Positions 41,468 through 49,437 of a DNA stretch of 64,000 nucleotides are shown one piece after another. Source of the DNA: Anaerosomatales bacterium (GTDB lineage Bacteria > Actinomycetota > Coriobacteriia > Anaerosomatales > SLCP01); contig JARGFT010000011.1 in assembly GCA_029210645.1 (NCBI GenBank), forward strand, positions 9,519 to 73,518. Reading direction: 5' to 3'. The notes under the pieces are model-generated. The model was not told the origin of the DNA. It saw nothing but the letters and a program-made list of their open reading frames with translations, and made no database searches. Numbering within the stretch: the stretch's first letter is position 1; every line of letters starts with the position of its first letter. Both the position numbers and the translations under genes were made by a program.

Positions 41468-41581
41468 GTGAGCGACGTGGTCAAGCTGATCGCCGGGCTG
41501 GCGCTCGTCCTCGTCCTCGCGTGGGCTGTCGTCAACGTGATGCAGCTCGTCGCGAGCGCGCTCGGCTTCACGATGGGTTGA
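41468..41581 (+). CDS. Candidate 37-aa hydrophobic small protein (not in ORF track)
   Basis: GTG lies 5 nt after GGAGGAGG. Translation is VSDVVKLIAGLALVLVLAWAVVNVMQLVASALGFTMG*, a single TM helix. A strong hairpin follows at 41641. Confidence 0.4.
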   Translation: MSDVVKLIAGLALVLVLAWAVVNVMQLVASALGFTMG

Positions 41582-41640
41582 GCGGTCTGAGCTGGCCCGT
41601 GGGGCCGGCACGACACCCGGAGACAGCCGGACAGATGCAC

Positions 41641-41671
41641 GAGGCCCGCCGGAGCGGATCCGACGGGCCTC
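41641..41671. terminator. Strong hairpin between small ORF and tRNA-Thr (possible bidirectional terminator)
   Basis: GAGGCCCGCCGGA-gcgga-TCCGACGGGCCTC, 12 bp with one mismatch. It lies 12 nt beyond the tRNA 3' end on the minus strand. On the plus strand it is followed by GATCGTGTTGTGTGG. Confidence 0.45.
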
Positions 41672-41683
41672 GATCGTGTTGTG

Positions 41684-41759
41684 TGGAGCCGACGAGGGGA
41701 CTCGAACCCCTGACCTGCGCATTACGAGTGCGCTGCTCTACCAGCTGAGCTACGTCGGC
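41684..41759 (-). tRNA. tRNA-Thr (anticodon CGU), CCA encoded
   Basis: Minus strand reads GCCGACG-TA-GCTC-AGCTGGTA-GAGC-A-GCGCA-CTCGTAA-TGCGC-AGGTC-AGGGG-TTCGAGT-CCCCT-CGTCGGC-T-CCA. This folds by hand as a clean cloverleaf. Confidence 0.93.
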
Positions 41760-41775
41760 GTCTCTGTGCCCGGGT

Positions 41776-42972
41776 CTAGCCCTGGGCGTTGTCATCCGTC
41801 TTCGGCGAAGACCTGCGCCTGCGCCTGCGACGTCCCTGCGACGAGCCGCCTGAGGCCGGCTGCTCGCCACTGCGATCGGCTCCGGCCTTCGCCTCGCCTC
41901 CCGAGCCTCCCGCCTGCTGTTGGCCGGCCGCCTTCTCCTGGCCTGCCGCCTGCTCCTGGCCGGCCGCCTGCTGCTTGCTCTTGCCCTTACGCCGCGACCG
42001 GCGCTTGCCGCCTCCGCCGCCGCCTCCGCCTTCCTCGCCGCGGCGCTCGTCAGCGCTCTTGGCCTCCGGCTTCGACTCGCCGAGCTCCCGCACCGGGCCC
42101 GTGAGCGCACTCGGCGCCGCCGGACCCGCCAGCGCTTCCATCGTCTCGGCCGAGATCCGGCACGGACACCCGCCACCGGGACACTCGACGCCCTCGATCG
42201 GCACCGAGAGCGATCCTCCCGCGGCGAGTCTGATCTGCACGGTCTCGCGCGGGGTGTTCAGCCCCGTCACCTTACCCTCGCCGACCGGCGTCTCGACCTT
42301 GGCGCCACGCTTGGGAGCACGGGACTTAAAGTCCTTGTAGGCCTCGTACTCGTAGCGCAGACAGCACATGAGTCTTCCACACAGGCCGCTGATTTTCAAG
42401 GGATTGAGCGGTAGGTCCTGTTCCTTGGCCATGCGGATCGAAACGGGCTGGAAATCGCCCGCGAAGCGCACACAGCACAGCTGCTGGCCACAGTGCCCGA
42501 GACCGCCCACCATGCGGGCCTCGTCGCGCACCCCGACCTGGCGCATGTCGATGCGCACCTTGAAGCGCGACGCGAGTTCGCGCACGAGCTCGCGGAAGTC
42601 CACACGCTCCTCGGCGACGAAGTAGAAGACGACCTTGTCGCCGCCGAAGAGATACTCGACGTCGACCGGCTTCATGTCGAGGCGATTCTCCTCGATGAGC
42701 TGCCGGTACACCCGCATCGCCTCGCGCTCCTTCTCGGCGAGTTCCTCCGCGAGAGCAAGGTCCTCGTCGGTGGCGATGCGCTCGACCGGCATCGGCGCCG
42801 CAGGAAGGCTGGCCTTGTCGATCTCGCAGGGAACGTCGACGACCTGTCCCATCTCGGTTCCGCGCTCCGTCTGGACCACGACCGCCTGACCGGGTACCGG
42901 CTCGGTACCCGCAGGATCAAAGAACAGCACCTTAGGTGCGAATCGAAGCTTGACTCCCACTACCGTGGGCAT
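41776..42972 (-). CDS. PSP1 domain protein (RicT/YaaT-like) with long low-complexity C-terminal tail
   Basis: N-terminal ~280 aa is PSP1 with the Cys cluster ...GHCGQQLCCVRF...GLCGRLMCCLRYE... Conserved position upstream of holB-tmk. Confidence 0.88.
   Translation of the reverse strand: MPTVVGVKLRFAPKVLFFDPAGTEPVPGQAVVVQTERGTEMGQVVDVPCEIDKASLPAAPMPVERIATDEDLALAEELAEKEREAMRVYRQLIEENRLDMKPVDVEYLFGGDKVVFYFVAEERVDFRELVRELASRFKVRIDMRQVGVRDEARMVGGLGHCGQQLCCVRFAGDFQPVSIRMAKEQDLPLNPLKISGLCGRLMCCLRYEYEAYKDFKSRAPKRGAKVETPVGEGKVTGLNTPRETVQIRLAAGGSLSVPIEGVECPGGGCPCRISAETMEALAGPAAPSALTGPVRELGESKPEAKSADERRGEEGGGGGGGGKRRSRRKGKSKQQAAGQEQAAGQEKAAGQQQAGGSGGEAKAGADRSGEQPASGGSSQGRRRRRRRSSPKTDDNAQG
41905..41973 (-). 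repeat. ~3.5 tandem copies of an 18-nt unit inside the PSP1-protein tail
   Basis: Encodes QQAAGQ-EQAAGQ-EKAAGQ-QQAGG. Flanked by a Gly8 run (42007..42030) and an Arg7 run (41812..41832). Confidence 0.7.
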
Positions 42973-44087
42973 CTTAGGACCTCCCGGATATCGAAGAGCA
43001 TGGCCTCGATGGCCAGCTGGGGGCTCACATTATACGAGATGCGCCGCCGCGCCTCCTTGACCGCGGCAAGCGCGCGTGCGGCGGCGGCCGGTGCGATCAC
43101 CGCCGCCACCTCCTCCATCGCATCGATCTCATCCCTGTTGGCCACGAGATCTCCCACACCCTGGGACATCACCAGGCAGTCCCTCAACCAGCTCTCGGCG
43201 ATGTTAAGCACCTCGGCCACACCCTCCCGCTCCCGTGCGGTGAGCTGACGCTTCTGGCGGTCCTCCAGCGCTTTCACACCCTTGCTGCCGAGGAAGTCCG
43301 CTCGCTCCCGCGCCTCGTCCGCGTGGGTCGCCTTGAGATCGTCCAGGGGTGCTTTGACGGCGGCGAGAAGCGTCTTGGCTGCCCGGAGCACGTCGTGCTC
43401 GTCGGAGACGGTGAGGTCCTTGAGCGTCGTCAGCATCCGGCCCCGTGCGGCACGCCGCACCGGCGAGTCGAGGAACTCGACCGCACGGGCGAGTACCCCG
43501 CCGGTCGCTGCCAGCGCGGCCAGTGCCTCGTCCTCGTCGGCTCCCGTGCGCTCGATCAGCAGCCGGATGGACTCCTGCGGGGCCATCCTGCGGAAGCGGA
43601 CCACCTGGCAGCGCGACGCGATGGTCGGCAGCACCCCGTCGTAGGTAGTCGCGAGCAGGATGATGATGACGTCGTCCGGGGGCTCCTCGAGGGTCTTCAG
43701 GAACGCGTTGGCCGACCCGTCGTTGAACGAGTCGGCGGCTTCGACGATGAAGATCTTGCGGTTGGTCTCCACGGGGGAGAGGTGAACGTCGCGAATGATC
43801 TCGCGAACCTGCTCGACCATGTAGGTGGCAGCACCCTCGGGAGCGATCACCCGCACGTCCGGGTGCGCTCCTCGCTTGACGCGACGGCATGCCGAGCACT
43901 CGCCGCAGGCATCGTCGTCACAGAGGATGGCGCACGCGAGCGCACGCGCGGTGCTCTTCTTGCCGGCGCCTGCCGGCCCCACGAAGAGATAGGCGTGCGA
44001 GACCGCACCGCGGCGCACCGCCGCGGCGAGGTGGTCGGCCACCTGGCGCTGACCGACGAGCTCCTCCCACACGCACGGCTTCGTCAT
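42960..44087 (-). CDS. holB: DNA polymerase III delta' subunit
   Basis: Start trimmed to MTKPCVWEELVGQ... Walker A ...GPAGAGKKS... and zinc module CDDDACGECSACRR. Confidence 0.9.
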   Translation of the reverse strand: MTKPCVWEELVGQRQVADHLAAAVRRGAVSHAYLFVGPAGAGKKSTARALACAILCDDDACGECSACRRVKRGAHPDVRVIAPEGAATYMVEQVREIIRDVHLSPVETNRKIFIVEAADSFNDGSANAFLKTLEEPPDDVIIILLATTYDGVLPTIASRCQVVRFRRMAPQESIRLLIERTGADEDEALAALAATGGVLARAVEFLDSPVRRAARGRMLTTLKDLTVSDEHDVLRAAKTLLAAVKAPLDDLKATHADEARERADFLGSKGVKALEDRQKRQLTAREREGVAEVLNIAESWLRDCLVMSQGVGDLVANRDEIDAMEEVAAVIAPAAAARALAAVKEARRRISYNVSPQLAIEAMLFDIREVLRCPR

Positions 44088-44094
44088 AGCCGCG

Positions 44095-44733
44095 CTAGTG
44101 TAGCACGGCCGCGAGTACCGGCAGCCTGCGTACCGCCTCGAGTACCCTCTGCGAGGCCTCGGCAGGCGTGCCGGTCGCGGATACCACGACGACCCGCTCG
44201 GGGTCGTCGGCGGCGATCTCGAGGAAGCCACGTCTCACTCGCTCGTGGAAGCTCAGGGCCTCGGCCTCCAGGCGATCGGCACCGCCGCCGGTGGCGCGGG
44301 CGAGGCCCTCGGCCGGATCGAGGTCGAGCACGATGGTGATGTCCGGGACCATGCCGGAAGTCGCGAACTGGTTGAGGCGAACCACCTGGTCGAGCGGGAG
44401 TCCGCGCCCGTAGCCCTGATAGGCGGTCGTGGAGTCGAAGAAACGGTCGCACACAACGGCACCGCCGGAGGCGAGCGCGGGCCGGATCACCCGGCTCACG
44501 AGCTCTGCCCGGCTGGCTTCGTAGAGCAGGATCTCGGCGCGGGGGTCGAGCCCGTCGTGGGCCGGGTCCAGCAGGAGGTCCCGGACCGCCTCGCTCACGA
44601 GCGTGCCGCCCGGTTCGCGCACCTCGGTCACTGACAGACCGGCCTCGCGCAGCGCCTCGGCGAGCAGGGCAGCCTGCGTAGACTTGCCGGTGCCCTCGCA
44701 CCCTTCGATCGTGATGAACACGCCACGCACCAT
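44095..44733 (-). CDS. tmk: Thymidylate kinase
   Basis: Start trimmed to MVRGVFITIEGCEGTGKST... Its ATG overlaps the upstream stop. Confidence 0.93.
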   Translation of the reverse strand: MVRGVFITIEGCEGTGKSTQAALLAEALREAGLSVTEVREPGGTLVSEAVRDLLLDPAHDGLDPRAEILLYEASRAELVSRVIRPALASGGAVVCDRFFDSTTAYQGYGRGLPLDQVVRLNQFATSGMVPDITIVLDLDPAEGLARATGGGADRLEAEALSFHERVRRGFLEIAADDPERVVVVSATGTPAEASQRVLEAVRRLPVLAAVLH

Positions 44734-45341
44734 CACGCATCTCCTCCGTCGATACCGGCGGCGCCGCGCCACTCGAGCGCCGCGGTCAGGTACAGGTCCT
44801 CGCCACGGGCATCGATTGCGACGAATGCCGGGAACCGGTCGAGCTGCAGGCGCACGAGCGCCTCGGTCCCGAGCTCCGGGTAGGCGACGGTCTCCGCCGC
44901 AGTGACATGCATCGCGAGCAGGGCCGCCGCACCCCCCACCGCCGCGAAGTAGACCGAGCCGTACTCGGCGCACGCCCGCCGCACCTCCGCCGAGCGAGGG
45001 CCCTTGCCGATGGTGGCGACGATGCCTGCTTCGAGGAGCGCAGGAGTCGCCCTGTCCATCCGCTTGGCCGTGGTCGGCCCGAGAGCGCCGGACGGGCGCC
45101 CGGCGGCAGGCGGTGTCGGGCCCGCGTAGAGAAGCGTCTGACCGGCGAGCCCGTGGGGCAGCTCGCCTGCGCTCCTGAGCCCGGCGAGAAGTCGCTCGTG
45201 GGTCGCGTCGCGGGCGGTGTAGACCGGGCCGGTGAGCACGACCTCATCGCCGGCACGAAGCGTTGCCAGCACCTCACGGGTCGCCGGGAGCGACACCTCT
45301 GTCGGTCCCGTGCCGCCGGGACCGCGCCTCGCCTCACTCAT
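44733..45341 (-). CDS. Class I (Fe-S type) fumarate/tartrate hydro-lyase, beta subunit
   Basis: About 202 aa with ...LTGPVYTARDATHERL...GPTT..RMD...IGKG... typical of FumB/TtdB-type beta subunits. Confidence 0.82.
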   Translation of the reverse strand: MSEARRGPGGTGPTEVSLPATREVLATLRAGDEVVLTGPVYTARDATHERLLAGLRSAGELPHGLAGQTLLYAGPTPPAAGRPSGALGPTTAKRMDRATPALLEAGIVATIGKGPRSAEVRRACAEYGSVYFAAVGGAAALLAMHVTAAETVAYPELGTEALVRLQLDRFPAFVAIDARGEDLYLTAALEWRGAAGIDGGDA

Positions 45342-46815
45342 CCAGACACGCCTCCCCGCACCTGCGCCACTCCAGCGTCCGATAAGCATACCCCGCGGCG
45401 GCCAGCACGATGAGCGCCGCGAGCTGCAGCGCGACTTGTGGCCCGGTCAGCCCCAGCGTGCCGAGCGAGTCGGGGTACGCGCGCAGCAGCCGCTCCACCC
45501 CGCGCGCGATGACATCGCCGAGCGGGGCCATCACGAGCATCGAGGCGAGCAGTGAGACCTTGATCACCGACTCCAGTGCGGTGAATACGCGCCCACGGAT
45601 CTCGTCGGCAACGGTCGCAACCACGTACGTGTTCCCGGCCACGGTGACCGTCGCCACGCATGCGCCGGCCACGAGCGCGAGCAGGCCGGCAACCGCGTAG
45701 CTGCGGGCCAGCGCGAAGGTGAACATCGCCAGGCCGAACCCACCGATACCGCCGAGAAAGAGCAGTTGCAGCGTAAGGTGTTGCGCCAATCGCGGGACGA
45801 GCAGCGCCCCTCCCACCATCCCTGCTGCCAGGAAGACGAGCATGAACGAGGTGGGTGCGGCAGCCAGTTGCTGCAGCCAGGGAACCTCGTCGCCGAAGGG
45901 TACGCCGCCGACCAGCTGCTGCGGGACGAAGACCATGCCGATCGTCACGATGGCACCGCCTCCGAAGATCGCGAGCCCGATCGTCACGAGCAACCCCCGC
46001 AGCTCCCGGTGGTCACGCAGGAAACGGAAAGCGTCAACGACGTCGGCCCCGATGAGTCGCAGGTCGAGGCGCACCCTTTCGCGCTCGGACTCCGAGACGA
46101 GCGGGATGCTCGCGATGATCGCCGCCGAGACCAGGAAGGTGAGCGAGTTGAGGAACACGCCCGCGCGCGGACCGAGCAGCGCGGGTGCGACCAGGCCGCC
46201 GAGCAGGTCGATAAGGGGCAGGCCGCTCTCGAGCACCATGCGGACCAGCCGCTCGAACAGCGCCAGCAGCGCACCGGACGCCGTAAGCCCCACGAGCATC
46301 GCCGCCTGCTGGGTGGTGTAGGAGACGCCGTTGGCAACAGCGACGTCCTCCTCGGACACCAGATGGGGTATGAGCGCGTTCTTCGCCGGGTAGAAGAAGA
46401 GCGAGCCGATCTCCATCAGCAGCACGATGAGGTAGATCACGGCAAGGCTGTTGGTGACGAGCAGGCCGAGCGTGAGCGCGGCGCGCGCGAGGTCGCACGC
46501 GATCATCAGGCGCCGCCGGTCGAACCGGTCGACCAGCACGCCGGTGAGCGAACTCAACACGAGCGCGGGCAGCAGCTTGGCGACGAGTATCCCGGCGACC
46601 GCGAATGACGAACCGCCGGAGAGCGAGGTGACGAGCGGCATGAGCAGACCGATGACGAGCCAGTCGCCGATACCGCTCACGAACTGGCTCACCCAGAGGC
46701 GGCGGAAGCCGGGGTTGCCTGCAAGCCGTCGGTAGGCGCCCCTCGGGGTAGCCGCGGGTTCTCCGGCAGGCACCTCGAGTGCGGTGGGGTCTCCCATCTC
46801 AGGCGACCTCGACAC
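45334..46815 (-). CDS. MFS transporter (12-14 TM)
   Basis: 493 aa with ...FRRLWVSQFVSGIGDW... and ...DRFDRRR... motifs. Overlaps both fumarase subunit genes. Alternative ATG at 46797. Confidence 0.85.
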   Translation of the reverse strand: MSRSPEMGDPTALEVPAGEPAATPRGAYRRLAGNPGFRRLWVSQFVSGIGDWLVIGLLMPLVTSLSGGSSFAVAGILVAKLLPALVLSSLTGVLVDRFDRRRLMIACDLARAALTLGLLVTNSLAVIYLIVLLMEIGSLFFYPAKNALIPHLVSEEDVAVANGVSYTTQQAAMLVGLTASGALLALFERLVRMVLESGLPLIDLLGGLVAPALLGPRAGVFLNSLTFLVSAAIIASIPLVSESERERVRLDLRLIGADVVDAFRFLRDHRELRGLLVTIGLAIFGGGAIVTIGMVFVPQQLVGGVPFGDEVPWLQQLAAAPTSFMLVFLAAGMVGGALLVPRLAQHLTLQLLFLGGIGGFGLAMFTFALARSYAVAGLLALVAGACVATVTVAGNTYVVATVADEIRGRVFTALESVIKVSLLASMLVMAPLGDVIARGVERLLRAYPDSLGTLGLTGPQVALQLAALIVLAAAGYAYRTLEWRRCGEACLDE

Positions 46816-47638
46816 TCGCGGATCGCACGGCCGAGCAGCCCACGTTCACCGCGACCGGCAACGATGCGATGTGACAGGGTGCCGTGACGACGTGCACGCC
46901 CAGAGCCGTCACCGTTCCACCGAGCCCGCCGGGGCCGATGCCCAGCGCGTCGACCTTGGCGGCGATCCGGCGCTCGAGTGCGGCGACCCGGGGGTCGCGG
47001 TGCGCGGTACCGATCGGGCGCAGCAGTGCGCGCTTCGCGAGCGAGGCGACCTTGTCGAAGGTCGCCCCCACGCCCACGCCCACGAGCAGGGGCGGGCACG
47101 CCGAGGCCCCGGTGCGAGCGACAGTCTCGGTCACGAAGCGAACGACCCCGTCCTCGCCATCGCCCGGCGCGAGCATGCTCACCGCCGAGGCGTTGTCCGA
47201 GCCCCCACCCTTGAGCATCACCGTGACGGTGACGCCGGTTCCGGAGCGAAATCCGATGTCGATGAAGGCCGGGGTGTTGTCCTTCGTGTTGGCGCGGTCC
47301 ATGAGCGCGTCGCGGACGATACTCATCCTCAAGTGAGCGTCGGCGTACGCCGCGGCGACCGCAGCATTCACCGCGTCAGGGACGTCGCCGCCCACGCACT
47401 CGCCCTCCCCCACCTCGAGGAGGACCCATACCGAGCCCGTGTCCTGGCACAGCGGCACCGCGTCGTCTGCGGCAATCCGAGCGTTCTCGAGGAGCTGGCC
47501 GAGGATGGCGCGGCCCCTCGGGGAGCGCTCCCTCGCCTCCGCGTCGCGCATCGCGGCGAGCGCATCGGGCCGGAGCGTGGTGGCGGCACGTACGATCGCG
47601 TCGTAGACAGCGCTTCCGATGGCCTCGGCGCCAACCAT
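46799..47638 (-). CDS. Class I (Fe-S type) fumarate/tartrate hydro-lyase, alpha subunit
   Basis: 279 aa with ...PLCQDTGS... and ...KGGGSDN... motifs, plus a Cys in the ...ACPP... context. Confidence 0.85.
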   Translation of the reverse strand: MVGAEAIGSAVYDAIVRAATTLRPDALAAMRDAEARERSPRGRAILGQLLENARIAADDAVPLCQDTGSVWVLLEVGEGECVGGDVPDAVNAAVAAAYADAHLRMSIVRDALMDRANTKDNTPAFIDIGFRSGTGVTVTVMLKGGGSDNASAVSMLAPGDGEDGVVRFVTETVARTGASACPPLLVGVGVGATFDKVASLAKRALLRPIGTAHRDPRVAALERRIAAKVDALGIGPGGLGGTVTALGVHVVTAPCHIASLPVAVNVGCSAVRSASVEVA

Positions 47639-47647
47639 CTCCGCTCC

Positions 47648-48577
47648 TTACAATCCCAGCGCCGAGACGGCCTCGGCGACGGTATCCGCTGACGCTTGCA
47701 GGGCGGCGAGTTCAACGTCGTCGAGATCGATCTCGACCACACCTCGCACACCCTGCCTGCCCAGCGACGCGGGAATGGACATGTAGACGCCGGAGATCCC
47801 ATACTCGCCGTCCAGATGGACGCAGCTGGGTAGGACCGCGCCCGTGTCGCCCAAGACCGCCTCGACCATCGCGGTGACCGACGCTGCCGGCGCATAGAAA
47901 GCGCTGCCGGTCTTCAGGAGCGCGACGACTTCGGCCCCGCCGAAGATCGTCCGCTTCACGAGTGCGCCGATGCGCTCCGGAGTCAGCAGCTCGGTCAGCG
48001 GCGTGCCCGCGACCGTCGAGTGACGCGGCAGGGGCACCATGGCGTCACCGTGAGCGCCCACCGCAAGCGCGGTGATGGTGTCGATCCCGGCACCGGTCTC
48101 CTCGGCGATGGCATAGGCGAAGCGCGCCGAGTCCAGCACGCCGCCCATCCCGAAGATGCGCTCGGCCGGCAACCCGGAGACCCTCCATGCGAGGTAGGTC
48201 ATCACGTCGAGGGGGTTGGTCACGCAGATGACGATCGCATCGGGTGAGGCCTCGACCGCAGCGCCGATCACCGAGCGCACGATCGCGCCGTTGGCCGCAA
48301 GCAGGTCGTCGCGGGTCATACCCGGCTTGCGCGGAAGCCCCGCGGTCACCACGACCACGTCGGACCCGGCGGTGTCGGCGTAGTCGTTGGTGCCGGTGAC
48401 GACCGGTGCGAACCGCTCGACGGAGCGGGAGTGCATCATGTCCAGCGCCTTGCCCTGGGGGAGCCCCTCGGCCACGTCGACCATCACCACATCGGCGATA
48501 CCTTTGTTGAGCAGGAGGAACGCCGTTGTGGCGCCCACCTGTCCGGCACCTACGACGGTCACCTTCGGCAGCGTCAT
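47648..48577 (-). CDS. mdh: Malate dehydrogenase (LDH-like family)
   Basis: 309 aa with ...VVGAGQVG... and ...AGLPRKPGMTRDDL... The Arg at the substrate-discriminating position favours MDH over LDH. Confidence 0.9.
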   Translation of the reverse strand: MTLPKVTVVGAGQVGATTAFLLLNKGIADVVMVDVAEGLPQGKALDMMHSRSVERFAPVVTGTNDYADTAGSDVVVVTAGLPRKPGMTRDDLLAANGAIVRSVIGAAVEASPDAIVICVTNPLDVMTYLAWRVSGLPAERIFGMGGVLDSARFAYAIAEETGAGIDTITALAVGAHGDAMVPLPRHSTVAGTPLTELLTPERIGALVKRTIFGGAEVVALLKTGSAFYAPAASVTAMVEAVLGDTGAVLPSCVHLDGEYGISGVYMSIPASLGRQGVRGVVEIDLDDVELAALQASADTVAEAVSALGL

Positions 48578-48685
48578 CCGTAACCCCTCTCGTCATGGCG
48601 GACGCCACAGGCGACCGGAAAGCGCGTGCGACGGGCGGCCGCGTGGCCGACACCCTCGAACGTGGATTCTACCACCGGCAGGAGT

Positions 48686-49369
48686 TCAGGACAGGTCGGC
48701 CGGATAGTCGACCGGCGGTCTGCGTCCTTCGTGGACGGCAAGACGCTGGACGAGGATCGGAGGCAGTGCGGGCAGGGGCATCCCGGGCTCGGGAGGCGAG
48801 AGCGACACCTCGACCTCGGCGAACAGCACCTCGTCGTCGGGGCCCGTCGCCTCGGCGACCAACTCCCCCGCGTGGATGATCGCACTCGTCCCGCAACACC
48901 CGTCGTGCCGCTGGCCGCCCGAGCACTCGGCGAGCAGCAGGAGCCCCGCGAGCGCTGAAGAGCACCCGAGCGCGTACTCGAGGATGGCCTCGGCCTGCAG
49001 CTCGGACTCGGCGCCGGGACGCCAGACAAGAGCCTGCGCCCCCTCGGCAACCATCGACCGCAGCACGTTCTCGCGCAGGCAGTCATCTCCGCCGACGAGC
49101 GCGGTGCGACCGAGCGGGGTATCCGCGACACGCGGCTCGGCGTCCTCCTCGACAAAGGAGAGAAACAACGTGGATCCTTCTGTGCAGCCCGCGATGCGCG
49201 CCAGCAGGGCTTCGCGGGCTGTGGCGTCCAGGCCGGCCAACGAGGGCGCCCTGGGACCGACGATCACGCGAGCGCCGACCGCGCATGCGTGTCGCGCAGC
49301 GTCCACGAGCGCATCTGCGTCGGCAGCAGCGTCGCCGCGCACGCGGTGGTGTATCACGGCGATCTTCAC
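48686..49369 (-). CDS. Hypothetical protein, weakly carbon-nitrogen hydrolase-like (possibly degenerate)
   Basis: 227 aa with good GC3 periodicity. Overall alpha-beta pattern and a ...GGDDCLRE... Cys. I cannot find the usual N-terminal catalytic Glu context. Confidence 0.4.
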   Translation of the reverse strand: MKIAVIHHRVRGDAAADADALVDAARHACAVGARVIVGPRAPSLAGLDATAREALLARIAGCTEGSTLFLSFVEEDAEPRVADTPLGRTALVGGDDCLRENVLRSMVAEGAQALVWRPGAESELQAEAILEYALGCSSALAGLLLLAECSGGQRHDGCCGTSAIIHAGELVAEATGPDDEVLFAEVEVSLSPPEPGMPLPALPPILVQRLAVHEGRRPPVDYPADLS

Positions 49370-49437
49370 GGCGACCTCCCCGATCGGGCGAAACGGCTAC
49401 ACAGGAGATACCCCGAACTCCCGCCGTTCCCCTGCTC

